Positions 15,748-24,000 of a stretch of 24,000 nucleotides of DNA are shown here, in pieces. The notes under the pieces were generated by a model. That model was not told the origin of the DNA. It was given only the letters and a program-made list of their open reading frames with translations, and searched no databases. The translations under genes and the position numbers were made by a program. This stretch comes from Streptomyces sp. NBC_01190 (GTDB taxonomy: Bacteria > Actinomycetota > Actinomycetes > Streptomycetales > Streptomycetaceae). The stretch spans positions 6,765,953 through 6,789,952 of the forward strand of contig NZ_CP108580.1 of assembly GCF_045039895.1 (NCBI RefSeq), given 5' to 3'. Numbering within the stretch: the stretch's first letter is position 1; every line of letters starts with the position of its first letter.

Positions 15748-17514
15748 CTACCCGGGAGTCCGCTTGCTGTCACCCGCATGGTGCTGGCGGTGGCACTCGG
15801 TGTGTACCAGGCGGAGGTTGGTCCGTTGGTCCGTGCCGCCGTCTCTCCGGTAAACGAAGTGGTGCTTGTTGAGCATCTTCTTCGACGCCGCGAACCAGTT
15901 GATCCACTCGCGTGGGCTGTCCGGTTCGTATTCGGCTCCGTCGATCAGCGCCAGACCGCATAGAGGGCACAGCCCTTTCTGTACGGCTGCCAGGTACAAG
16001 CTGGTCCTGTCCATCGGCGGCGGCGTTTTCTGGCGGCGACGGCCATGCCAGTAACCGGTCAGGGCCGGATCGTCTGGCGACGAGGCCCCTTTGACCATGG
16101 TGTGTCTGGCATAACGGGTCCAGGCGAATTTAGGGAGGTAGGCGCCGGTATGCCGGACACCGAACACCCAGTAGTCCTGCCTGGACTTGTTGAACCTGCC
16201 GAAATAGTGGTTCTTGATCCACAGTCCCGAACGATTGTCGTGACCGCGTTTCGCCCACTTGTAGAGAAGCGTGAACATGTAGTGGTCCATCGAGCGAAAT
16301 GCCTGATAGGACGCCACACCCCGGTAGTACGCCGTCCAGCCCCGAACGATCGGGGTGAACTTCGCCACCACGGCCATGGAGTTCGCACCCCGCAAGCGGA
16401 GCATCTCCTCCTTCAGCCGCTTCCGGAGCTTGCTGCATGCTTCCCTGCTCGGCCTGATGACCAGCATTCCACCGTGCCGCTGCACGGTGAATCCCAGGAA
16501 GTCGAACCCTTCGTCGAGGTGCACGACACGGGTCTTCGCCTCGTTGAAGCGAAGACCCCTGGGAGCCAGCCAGGTCACCAGTTTCTCCTTGACCCGGTAC
16601 GCCTCTTCCCTGCTGTGGCACAGGGCCACGAAGTCGTCGGCATAGCGGATCAGCACGGGCGCCCCGATGGCGGTATGGCCTTCACGGCCTCTCCGTCCTT
16701 CGAAGCGGAATCCCGCGGCCTGTTCCATCCCGTGCAGCGCGATGTTCAGCAGCAGCGGACTGATCACGCCGCCCTGAGGAGTTCCCTCCCCGGTCGGAGC
16801 GAAACGCCCGCGTTCCATCACGCCGGCCCGCAGCCACGCGCCGATCAGGTCCCTGGCGGGGAACTGTCCGATCATGGCGGTCAGGTGGTCGTGACTGATG
16901 CGGTCGAACGCCCCTTCCAGGTCCGCGTCCAGCGCCCATCGGCGCTTGGCCAGCGGTCCCCGGGCCGTGACCCGGATCGCCGCTATCGCGTCCTGGCAGG
17001 AGCGGCCGGGCCGAAATCCATAGGACCTCGGCTCGAACCGCGCTTCCCACTCGGGCTCCAGGGCGTTCTTCACGCGTGCCTGGAGCACCCGGTCACGGAT
17101 GACCGGGATGCCGAGCGGGCGCTGTTTCCCGTTCGCTTTCGGGATGTACACCCGCTTGACCGGCCTGGCCGTCCACGGCACCGGCGGCCGATGGATCTCG
17201 GTCGCCAGCCTGGCCCTGCCCGCAGGGGTCAGGACCCGTTCGCCGTCGATGCCAGCGGTCTTGCGGCCACTGCTCTGCTGTGTCACCCGCTTCACACTGA
17301 CCAGCGTGTTGCTGCGGCTTTTCAGCATGAGCTTCTGCAAATTGCGGACGCTTTTCAGGTCCCCGTCCTTCGACGCCTTGAAGATCCGCTGCCTCAGCCG
17401 CCGTACGTTGTCCTCGCACCTGGCCCAGTCGATGCTGTGCCAGTCGAGTTTCCCGTCCTCCGGTCCGTTCACCTCGGGCGCGCGGGCAGTCGCTTCTGCC
17501 GCTGTGATGCTCAT
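15748..17514 (-). CDS. Group II intron reverse transcriptase/maturase with a C-terminal HNH endonuclease domain
   Basis: RT motifs include RPLGIPVIRDRVLQ, the FDRISH region and YADDFVALC (YADD). A maturase X domain (RGWTAYYR) is present. The C-terminal part carries CPLCG...HHFVYRRDGG...LRLVHTECHRQHH (HNH). ATG at 17514. Confidence 0.95.
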   Translation of the reverse strand: MSITAAEATARAPEVNGPEDGKLDWHSIDWARCEDNVRRLRQRIFKASKDGDLKSVRNLQKLMLKSRSNTLVSVKRVTQQSSGRKTAGIDGERVLTPAGRARLATEIHRPPVPWTARPVKRVYIPKANGKQRPLGIPVIRDRVLQARVKNALEPEWEARFEPRSYGFRPGRSCQDAIAAIRVTARGPLAKRRWALDADLEGAFDRISHDHLTAMIGQFPARDLIGAWLRAGVMERGRFAPTGEGTPQGGVISPLLLNIALHGMEQAAGFRFEGRRGREGHTAIGAPVLIRYADDFVALCHSREEAYRVKEKLVTWLAPRGLRFNEAKTRVVHLDEGFDFLGFTVQRHGGMLVIRPSREACSKLRKRLKEEMLRLRGANSMAVVAKFTPIVRGWTAYYRGVASYQAFRSMDHYMFTLLYKWAKRGHDNRSGLWIKNHYFGRFNKSRQDYWVFGVRHTGAYLPKFAWTRYARHTMVKGASSPDDPALTGYWHGRRRQKTPPPMDRTSLYLAAVQKGLCPLCGLALIDGAEYEPDSPREWINWFAASKKMLNKHHFVYRRDGGTDQRTNLRLVHTECHRQHHAGDSKRTPG

Positions 17515-18124
17515 GCACGCCTCCGGTGTCTAACTTGTCCTTCGGTTCTGGTGTCTTTGCGTTGGTGCTTCAAGGGCTCACCTGGTCCACGTGGGCTCCC
17601 TTTCGGGCCGGGCCACCAGGGCCCGTATCCGGCGGGTTATGCCGCGTGGCGCGTGGAGACGGCCACCTCGCGGTTTTCCCCTGGCCTTTCGGCCTGCCGG
17701 CATTGGCTTCTTGGACCATCCTGTTCCTGCCGGGGAGTTGGGCTCCCCTTACGGTCGGCTTACCGGGTTTCCCCGGACCCCGACAGGGTTTCCGTGTTCC
17801 GCACGCTGAAGATGCGGCTGGGGTGGGCGCCCCCTCTGTCCCGTGGCCGACGGTGTCCCACAACCGATGTTGCTTGCACCGGAAGCCGTCTGCGCCTCTC
17901 AACGCGGGCCAATCCCTGCCGACAACACGCCATCTACAGGGTTCACATAACGAGACATTGACCGGGGGTTCACACGAGTTCGCCCGTCCAGCCTTCCCCT
18001 CGCCTGTGGCTCCTCGACGGCCGAGAAACCCTTGGGCTTGAACGCTCAGCTCCACACCCTGCCGTTGCCAGCAACGCACGTGAGCGCGGGGACGGAATCG
18101 GGACACTAATCCGGAGGAATTGTC

Positions 18125-18781
18125 ATGCCTGAACCTCTCCACAAGACGGACCTCACTTCAGAACGTGCGGCCTCACGTCGCACAGCAAGTTGTCGCGGTC
18201 GACGGTCCTACGGCCCGTCGATCGCACTTGCCCCCGCCCAGGGGGGCGGGGGAAGTCCGGCTGGTCCCCGCGCGAGGGCGCACGGGGACCAGCCGGAGGT
18301 CCGGCACCAGGGGGCGCCGGTCGCGGGGGGACAAGCAGCCGATCGCGTGCCGCGCGAGCAGCCCAGCCCCAGCGCGCCCGCGTTCCCCGACCGCGCTCCG
18401 CGCCGTCGCTCCCGCAACCCGAGCCAGCGCACCCACAAGCTGACTACGCGCCTGTCCCTCGCCGAGAAGACCGAGATCAGCGCCGCCGCAGCGAAGCGCG
18501 CCGTCACCGTCGCGCGCTTTCTCGCCGCCGCCGCCCTGACCGCCGCCCGCGGTTCGCTGCCCGTGCAGAGCAACGAGCAGCTCGACGCCGCCATCGACGA
18601 GCTGGCCGCCCTGCGCACCGCCGTCTCCCGCGTCGGCAACAACATCAACCAGATCGCCTACGTCTACAACTCCGGCGGCCAGTCCCGCCCCGGCGAACTC
18701 GACCACGCACTCGGCGTGCTGACCCGGATCCTGGCCCGCGTCGATGACACGGCCGACACTCTCGCGCGCGGGCGGCTCTGA
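18125..18781 (+). CDS. mobC: MobC-family relaxosome accessory protein
   Basis: The C-terminal part RLSLAEKTEISAAAAKRAVTVARFLAAAAL...LRTAVSRVGNNINQIAYVYN matches the MobC (RHH plus GNNLNQIA) pattern. ATG at 18125 lies 7 nt after GGAGG (18113-18117). However, the first ~25 codons have poor GC3 and a GC hairpin lies at 18231-18252, so an in-frame GTG at 18347 is a plausible alternative start. Confidence 0.7.
   Translation: MPEPLHKTDLTSERAASRRTASCRGRRSYGPSIALAPAQGGGGSPAGPRARAHGDQPEVRHQGAPVAGGQAADRVPREQPSPSAPAFPDRAPRRRSRNPSQRTHKLTTRLSLAEKTEISAAAAKRAVTVARFLAAAALTAARGSLPVQSNEQLDAAIDELAALRTAVSRVGNNINQIAYVYNSGGQSRPGELDHALGVLTRILARVDDTADTLARGRL
18231..18252. other. 9-bp all-GC hairpin (CCCCCGCCC-AGGG-GGGCGGGGG) in the mobC 5' region
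   Basis: Arms at 18231-18239 and 18244-18252 are perfectly complementary with a 4-nt loop. It lies between the intron insertion point and the conserved part of mobC. Confidence 0.5.
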
Positions 18782-20535
18782 TGGTCCCCAAGATCCGGCG
18801 CGGCTCGCGCACCCACGGCGTGCTCGTCTACCTCTTCGGCCCCGGCAAGCGCGACGAGCACACCGACCCCCACCTCGTCGGCTCCTGGGACGGCTTCGCT
18901 CCCGACCCGGGCCGCGACACCAGCCCCGACCCCGACCCGAAGGCCACCCTCGCCCGCCTGGCCGCAGCCCTGGACCTGCGCGTCACGCAGGCCGGCGCCA
19001 GCGCACCAGCCCAGCACGTGTGGCACTGCTCGGTGCGCACCGACCCCGGCGACCGCATCCTGAGCGACGCCGAATGGAACACCGTCGCCCGCCGCCTCGT
19101 CCAGGCCATCGGCCTGGCACCCGACGGCGACCCGGACGGCTGCCGCTGGGTCGCTGTCCGCCACGCCGAGGACCACATCCACATCGTGGCCACCATGGTC
19201 CGGGGCGACCTTCGCCGCCCCCGCATGAACTACGACTTCAAAAAGGCCCAGGCCGAATGCCGCCGCATCGAGAAGGAGATGGGCCTGCGCCGGCTCAAGC
19301 CCGGTGACGGCACCGCAGCCAAAAACCCCACCAGCGCAGAGCGGTTCAAAGCCGAACGCACCGGCCGCACCGAAACTCCCCGCGAGACACTGCGCGAAGC
19401 CGTCCGCCAGGCCCTCGCCGGAGCCGCCACCGAGGAGGAGTTCTTCACCCGCCTCCGCGACAAGGGGGTGCGCGTTAAGCTGCGCGACGCACCCTCAGGA
19501 GACGTCATCGGCTACTCGGTCGCGCTGCCCGGCGACCGCAACCGCGACGGCGAACCGGTCTGGTTCCCCGGATCCACCCTCGCCCCCGACCTGTCCCTGC
19601 CCAAGATCCGCCGCCGCCTGGCCGACGCACCCGGCGACGATCCGGCAACACCGGGGGCCGGCACCGGCCGAACCGTTTGGTCGCCGCCCGCCCGGGGACG
19701 GCGCACCGCCACCGGGATCGCCGAACGCGCCGCCGTCATCCTGGACAGCGACGACGACGGTGCCGCCGCCCAACTCACCGGCATGGGCGAACTGCTCGAC
19801 GCCGTCGCCCAGACCTCCCCGGCCGCGACCCGCGCCGAGCTGGCCGCCGCAGCCCGCTCCTTCGAACGCGCCACCCGCAGCCACACCCGCGCGCAGCAAG
19901 CCGAAACCCGCGCCCTGCGCTCCGCCGCCCGCGGCATCATCCACGCCGGCGGGGCGCTCGGCCGGGGCGAGGACGGCGGCACCACCGCGATGCTGCTGTC
20001 CACTCTGGTCCTGGCCGCCATCGCCGCAGCCCGCTGGCACTCCGCCCGCGGCCACGCCCAGCAAGCCGAAGCCTCCCGCCAGACCGTCCAGCACCTACGC
20101 GCCGCCTACCGACAGGCCGCCGCCGCACCCATGCAGGCACTGCACGCCCAAGGCCGCGCCCTGCCCGAGGCCGAACGCCGCAGCCACGAGAGCACCATCC
20201 GGAAGGCACTGCCGCACCACCTCACCCACGCCGATACCGATACCCAGCACGACGCGCTGGCCGCCACCCTCGCCGAGGCAGAACAGGCAGGCCACGACCC
20301 CAAGACTCTTCTGCAGCGAGCCATCGACATGCGCGAACTCGACTCAGCTGAGGATGTGAACGACGTCCTGGTGTGGCGACTGCGCCGCCTCGCCGACCTC
20401 CCCGCCCACCCGGGCGACACCGCCCCATCCCGGAAGACCGGCACCGCCCGCACCGCGCCACCGGCTCCCCGGACCGGCGTCCACAGCGCGCCGCCCGCCG
20501 CACGGGACCCCCGCAACCGTCCGCCCCGCCGCTGA
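18781..20535 (+). CDS. Relaxase/mobilisation nuclease (MobA/VirD2-type) with a long Ala/Arg-rich C-terminal region
   Basis: N-terminal relaxase domain: GVLVYLFGPGK, HVWHCSVR and the histidine triad region VRHAEDHIHIVATMV. ATG at 18781 overlaps the mobC stop (TGATG). Confidence 0.9.
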   Translation: MVPKIRRGSRTHGVLVYLFGPGKRDEHTDPHLVGSWDGFAPDPGRDTSPDPDPKATLARLAAALDLRVTQAGASAPAQHVWHCSVRTDPGDRILSDAEWNTVARRLVQAIGLAPDGDPDGCRWVAVRHAEDHIHIVATMVRGDLRRPRMNYDFKKAQAECRRIEKEMGLRRLKPGDGTAAKNPTSAERFKAERTGRTETPRETLREAVRQALAGAATEEEFFTRLRDKGVRVKLRDAPSGDVIGYSVALPGDRNRDGEPVWFPGSTLAPDLSLPKIRRRLADAPGDDPATPGAGTGRTVWSPPARGRRTATGIAERAAVILDSDDDGAAAQLTGMGELLDAVAQTSPAATRAELAAAARSFERATRSHTRAQQAETRALRSAARGIIHAGGALGRGEDGGTTAMLLSTLVLAAIAAARWHSARGHAQQAEASRQTVQHLRAAYRQAAAAPMQALHAQGRALPEAERRSHESTIRKALPHHLTHADTDTQHDALAATLAEAEQAGHDPKTLLQRAIDMRELDSAEDVNDVLVWRLRRLADLPAHPGDTAPSRKTGTARTAPPAPRTGVHSAPPAARDPRNRPPRR

Positions 20536-20540
20536 ACATC

Positions 20541-20573
20541 GGTCCGGCAGGCCGGCGCTCGGCCTGCCGGACC
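20541..20573 (+). terminator. Hairpin after the relaxase gene
   Basis: GGTCCGGCAGGCCG (20541-20554) and CGGCCTGCCGGACC (20560-20573) form a perfect 14-bp stem with a 5-nt loop. It begins 6 nt after the stop at 20535. Confidence 0.6.
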
Positions 20574-20610
20574 GGTCGAAGTCTCTGGACAACCGGCCCC
20601 ACCTGCTGTT

Positions 20611-21045
20611 ATGGATGAACAGACAGGCCTGGAGATGGAGATGACGCTCGTGCCCAGAACGACCGACCACCCCATAGAGGCACCCACCGCTCCGCCTGCC
20701 GCCCCCGTAGACAGCGACCCGCTGCTTCAACTGCGGTACGCGCCCCAGCCTCCCAGTGGTCCCCACGCCTTCCACTACATCCGCCACCCCCAAGAACTGG
20801 CCCTGCGCGGGATTCCAGTGATGTGCACGGCCTGCCGAGCCCGCCGGGACTGGCTCCTGATCAACCAGGGCCGCAACGTCTGGATCCACTGCCGCTGCAA
20901 CAACCAGTGGCACGAACCCGAGATCACCCGCGCCGCCTTCCAGGCCCTGACCCGCCTCCCGGACACCACCACATACGCCAGCGTGGCCGAGGGCGTAGCC
21001 GCCATGGGTTTCGACGGGAGCTTCGCCGGCATCTACCTGGAATAG
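20611..21045 (+). CDS. Hypothetical protein with a Cys/His cluster (possible zinc ribbon)
   Basis: Codon bias is consistent. The cluster is CTACRARRDW...WIHCRCNNQWHE. The start is uncertain (ATG at 20611, 20635 or 20641). A terminator hairpin follows. Confidence 0.5.
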   Translation: MDEQTGLEMEMTLVPRTTDHPIEAPTAPPAAPVDSDPLLQLRYAPQPPSGPHAFHYIRHPQELALRGIPVMCTACRARRDWLLINQGRNVWIHCRCNNQWHEPEITRAAFQALTRLPDTTTYASVAEGVAAMGFDGSFAGIYLE

Positions 21046-21071
21046 CCGGGCGGGGAAGCTGGCAACGCCGA

Positions 21072-21100
21072 GGAGCGCCACCGGGTTCCGGTGGCGCTCC
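21072..21100 (+). terminator. Perfect 13-bp hairpin
   Basis: GGAGCGCCACCGG-GTT-CCGGTGGCGCTCC (21072-21100) lies 27 nt after the stop at 21045 and is followed by the T-containing GTCGTTGTG. Confidence 0.65.
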
Positions 21101-21998
21101 GTCGTTGTGCGGTGGTCAGCCGCGGTTGCTGTGTTTGGGAAGCTGACCCCGGTAGTCGCAGCCCGGACAGGTGTCCTCGCCTTCGATGTGGCCTCCGTAC
21201 CAGCCGTGAACAGCGGCGTGGAGGACCGCGCGCCCGTGGGAGAGGCCCGGCGGGACCGAACAGACTCACCTGCGCCCGGGTCCGTCGCGGGTTCAGGAAC
21301 CTGCGGGCGAAGACCGGCACATCAGCCGGTGCACCGAAACCCACCCGCCGGGCCCCGGACGACCGCCCGGCTCGAAGAACCGGCGGCCCACCACCCGCTG
21401 TGAGGTCCGACGCGTCCTCGCCACCGGCGAGGCATACAGCCGACCCGCTCGCCACAAGACAGGCAGCAACCCGCGTCGCGGCGGTCGATCTTCCACCCAA
21501 ACTCCCCAACACGGACCTGACGATGTTAAATAGCGGCACGGTGAGTGCAAGAAGCAGAAGCGGTCCGACTGGGGCATTCCAAAGTGGATCGTCCTGTTGG
21601 CGACACCGTAGGGCTGGCGCACCAGCTCCTCACCATGGAAGGCGGAATGCTCTGCGGGCGCCTGGACGTGTCGATCAACACTGATCCACGAGATGCCCGG
21701 GTCGCTGCGGCGGTGACAGTGACGGAACTTGCGGCGCGACTTCCACGACACCCGACGTCAGGGTGAGGTGACCGGGGCCCCAGCAGCAGCGGCAGGCACT
21801 GCCCGCGCGCCTCGTAAGCCTCGGCAGCTCCTCGGGAAGGAAGTCCGCCTGCAGGAAGACCGGCAACTCTCCCGCTGTGCCGACGGCCAGTACCAGCGGC
21901 CTGCTCCGCGAGGCTGGCTGCTGAAGCTAGTCAGTTGGTGCTGTCCCAACAGGACAGTCTGACCCCCGCGGACGAGCCCGACAGCAGCGTTCGTTCGC

Positions 21999-22907
21999 TC
22001 AAGGGTGCTTCCACAGCCGGATCGTCTTGTCTTTGCTGCCGCTGGCCAGGATCTTGCCATCGGGACTGAACACCAGGCAGAACACAGGTTCGTTGTGTCC
22101 TTTGAGGGTAGTGGTGAGGGTCGGCGAACCGGTCTTCGCGGAGACGTCCCACAGCCGGATCGTCTCATCGCCGCTGCCGCTGGCCAGGGTGTTGGCGTCG
22201 GGACTGAACGCCACCGAATTCACCGGGCCGGTGTGACCGGTGAGGATGGCGGTGCTGGTTTTGGTCGCTACGTCCCACAACCGAACAGTTCTATCTACAC
22301 TGCCGCTGGCCAGGGTTTTGCCGTCGGGGCTGAACACCACCGCGATCACACCGTCGTTGTGTCCTTTGAGGGTGGTGGTGAGGGTCGGCGGACCGGTCTT
22401 CGCGGCGACGTCCCACAGCCGAACAGTTTTGTCGTAGTGGGCGCTGGCCAGGGTTTTGCCGTCGGGGCTGAACACCACCGCGACCAAATGGTCGTTGTGT
22501 CCTTTGAGGGTGGTGGTGAGGGTCGGCGGACCGGTCTTCGCGGCGACGTCCCACAGCCGGATAGTGTCGTCGAAGCCGGCGCTGGCCAGGGTTTTGCCGT
22601 CGGGACTGAACGCCACCGACTCCACCGCGTCGGTGTGGCCAGTGAGGATGGCGGTGCCGGTCGTGGTGGCCACGTCCCACAGCCGGATCGTCTTATCGTC
22701 GCTGCCGCTGGCGAGGGTGTTCCCGTCGGGACTGAACGCCACCGAATTCACGTGGTGGGTGTGGCCGGTGAGGATGGCGGTGCCGGTCGTGGTGGCCACG
22801 TCCCACAGCCGGATTGTCTTGTCATCGCCGGCGCTGGCGAGGGTGTTGCCGTCGGGACTGAACGCCACCGACTCCACCGCGTCGGTGTGGCCAGTGATGG
22901 TGTCCAG
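21999..22907 (-). repeat. Seven tandem WD40-encoding DNA repeats (~126-141 bp) with long identical stretches
   Basis: Blocks such as GTCGTTGTGTCCTTTGAGGGTGGTGGTGAGGGTCGGCGGACCGGTCTTCGCGGCGACGTCCCACAGCCG and GGTGAGGATGGCGGTGCCGGTCGTGGTGGCCACGTCCCACAGCCGGAT each occur twice verbatim. Differences cluster in a few codons per repeat. Confidence 0.85.
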
Positions 22908-23879
22908 CAGGCGAGGGTCCCGGTGATGGCCGTTGCCCACAATCTTTTCGATGAGGAGGGCCGTGCCGGAAACGCCGGTCAAGAGGCTGAGAAAGACGTA
23001 TCGGCGACGCAGGTTGAGTACAGGCAGCACTGGGGTCGTAGGGGGAGGTGTGTTCCGGTCCTCCGGAGTCTGCCATCCGCGCCGGGGTGGGAATGGCGTC
23101 GTGGGTTCGATGGGCGCGAAGGCGTTGCGGGCCAGGATGAAGCGGTCTGCTTCGTGCCGGATGGACCGGGTGGGTTCCGGATGACGGTCGCGGGCCAGTG
23201 CATCGGCGGCGTGGGTATAGACCACGCCCAGCGGCAGTCCCTGGGGATAGTCGGGCAGGCCCTGCTCAACGACGTCGGCCAGATACTTGGTGAAGAAGGT
23301 CTGCGGGTTGGCGGTGAGCGAATCGGCCTCAAACCCGGCGGTGCGGTACGCGCCGCTGGCTGCCAGCGTGACCGCGCCGGTCCCGAGCGTCGTGGTGATC
23401 ACATCGGCAAGGACGGGCCCGAGGGTATTTTCGGGGTGAGTGGCACGCCCAGCGAAGCAGCAATCCAGGATTACTATCTTGGTCTGTGCGTCGCACTCGC
23501 GCATCGCGGTGCGGACATCGGAAAATGGCAGCCCAATCGTCATGCGCCGCGCTCCCTCCGCAGGCGAATCCCCAAGCGCCAGGCACAGTTCGTCCTGAAC
23601 CAGCTGGCCGTGCCCGACAAAGTAGAACAAGGCGACATCGGTGACATCCTCGAACCACTCCATCAGCTGGTCGGGCAAGCGGCCGCGCCGACGGGCATTG
23701 GGCTCCACCGTCACGCGCTGCTGCGGCCAATCGCACAATGGGCCGGTCAGCAGCCTCGTCATCCGCTTCAGGCTGTTGCCCGCCGCCGGCCGTAGAGGGC
23801 GCAGGTAGGTGTAGTCCGATATGCCGATGAGTACCGCTCGAGAGCGCGAGTAGTCGCGCAACGGGGCACGGTCACTCAT
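21999..23879 (-). CDS. Caspase-like (peptidase C14) protease fused through a predicted TM helix to a 7-bladed WD40 propeller
   Basis: Caspase catalytic dyad context: FYFVGHG (His) and IVILDCCFAG (Cys). After a Pro-rich linker comes a hydrophobic segment, YVFLSLLTGVSGTALLI (~22950-23000). Seven WD repeats follow (GH..V.SVAFSPDG.TLASGS.D.TIRLWDV). ATG at 23879 overlaps the end of the upstream gene (ATGAGTGA). Confidence 0.9.
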   Translation of the reverse strand: MSDRAPLRDYSRSRAVLIGISDYTYLRPLRPAAGNSLKRMTRLLTGPLCDWPQQRVTVEPNARRRGRLPDQLMEWFEDVTDVALFYFVGHGQLVQDELCLALGDSPAEGARRMTIGLPFSDVRTAMRECDAQTKIVILDCCFAGRATHPENTLGPVLADVITTTLGTGAVTLAASGAYRTAGFEADSLTANPQTFFTKYLADVVEQGLPDYPQGLPLGVVYTHAADALARDRHPEPTRSIRHEADRFILARNAFAPIEPTTPFPPRRGWQTPEDRNTPPPTTPVLPVLNLRRRYVFLSLLTGVSGTALLIEKIVGNGHHRDPRLLDTITGHTDAVESVAFSPDGNTLASAGDDKTIRLWDVATTTGTAILTGHTHHVNSVAFSPDGNTLASGSDDKTIRLWDVATTTGTAILTGHTDAVESVAFSPDGKTLASAGFDDTIRLWDVAAKTGPPTLTTTLKGHNDHLVAVVFSPDGKTLASAHYDKTVRLWDVAAKTGPPTLTTTLKGHNDGVIAVVFSPDGKTLASGSVDRTVRLWDVATKTSTAILTGHTGPVNSVAFSPDANTLASGSGDETIRLWDVSAKTGSPTLTTTLKGHNEPVFCLVFSPDGKILASGSKDKTIRLWKHP

Positions 23880-24000
23880 CGAGCAGTCGCTCCAGTAGCG
23901 GGAGGATCTCCTCGACATTGGTCGCGTCCAGCACGAACCGCTGCCCCCGTATGGTCGTCTCGACCCGGATACCCGAGCGCCGCGAGCGGATGAAGTCCGG
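23872..24000 (-). CDS. C-terminal fragment of an upstream gene, EACC1-like (effector-associated constant component)
   Basis: The frame is open to the window edge: PDFIRSRRSGIRVETTIRGQRFVLDATNVEEILPLLERLLDE*. Its stop at 23872-23874 overlaps the caspase-WD40 start by 8 nt. The tail resembles the C-terminus of EACC1 proteins as I remember them (...V.IERDG..V.L......E.IV.AL). Only 42 aa are visible. Confidence 0.4.
   Translation of the reverse strand, partial: PDFIRSRRSGIRVETTIRGQRFVLDATNVEEILPLLERLLDE

Noticed and set aside
16045-17961. 638-aa plus-strand ORF, with others at 15310-15963 and 17526-18041
   Set aside because: These lie antisense to the group II intron RT gene and intron RNA. They are Pro/Arg-rich with no motifs. 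The minus-strand RT/maturase explains the region.
19304-20359. Alternative-frame ORFs inside the relaxase gene (19304-20359, 19677-20351, minus-strand 19495-20094 and others)
   Set aside because: They are Pro/Arg/Ala-rich frames over the GC-rich, Ala-rich C-terminal half of the relaxase. The relaxase frame is continuous from a coupled start and carries the catalytic motifs.
22005-23795. 596-aa plus-strand ORF with internal repeats, plus smaller ORFs in the same span
   Set aside because: This is the mirror image of the WD40/caspase gene. Its repeats are simply the antisense reading of the WD repeats. It has no start context and its composition is Gly/Arg-rich.

Overview
High-GC, Streptomyces-like actinomycete DNA that reads as an accessory region made of four blocks. 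(1) 1-6382: a tightly coupled plus-strand operon of atypical nucleotide-handling proteins (PNP/nucleosidase-like, dTMP-kinase-like, DUF2797-like, SAM methyltransferase, Nudix-like). It is followed by a convergent canonical Nudix gene and a divergent CYTH-like protein with an unrecognised N-terminal domain. (2) 6414-10982: a minus-strand ImmA/IrrE-like metallopeptidase, MAB_1171c/DUF6545-like membrane protein and cytochrome P450 operon. Its usual XRE partner is separated from it by an inserted MmyB-like regulator gene. (3) 11418-21100: a plasmid/ICE-like mobilisable module with a small ORF, a putative replication organiser, a DnaC/IstB-like ATPase, a WhiB-like protein, a DUF2637 membrane protein, MobC and a relaxase. 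An antisense group II intron (RT/maturase plus HNH) sits just upstream of mobC. The 3' half of the DUF2637 gene carries a very dense GGTCA/TGACC motif array. No integrase, tRNA, att site, T4SS or TraB gene is visible. (4) 21101-24000: about 0.9 kb of apparently decayed sequence, then a minus-strand caspase(C14)-TM-WD40(x7) gene overlapping the end of an upstream EACC1-like gene, an architecture typical of predicted actinobacterial conflict systems. Gene starts were re-derived from RBS, start-stop overlap and codon bias, because many ORF-track entries are GC-shadow ORFs or over-extended. All family assignments come from motif recognition by eye and no searches were run.
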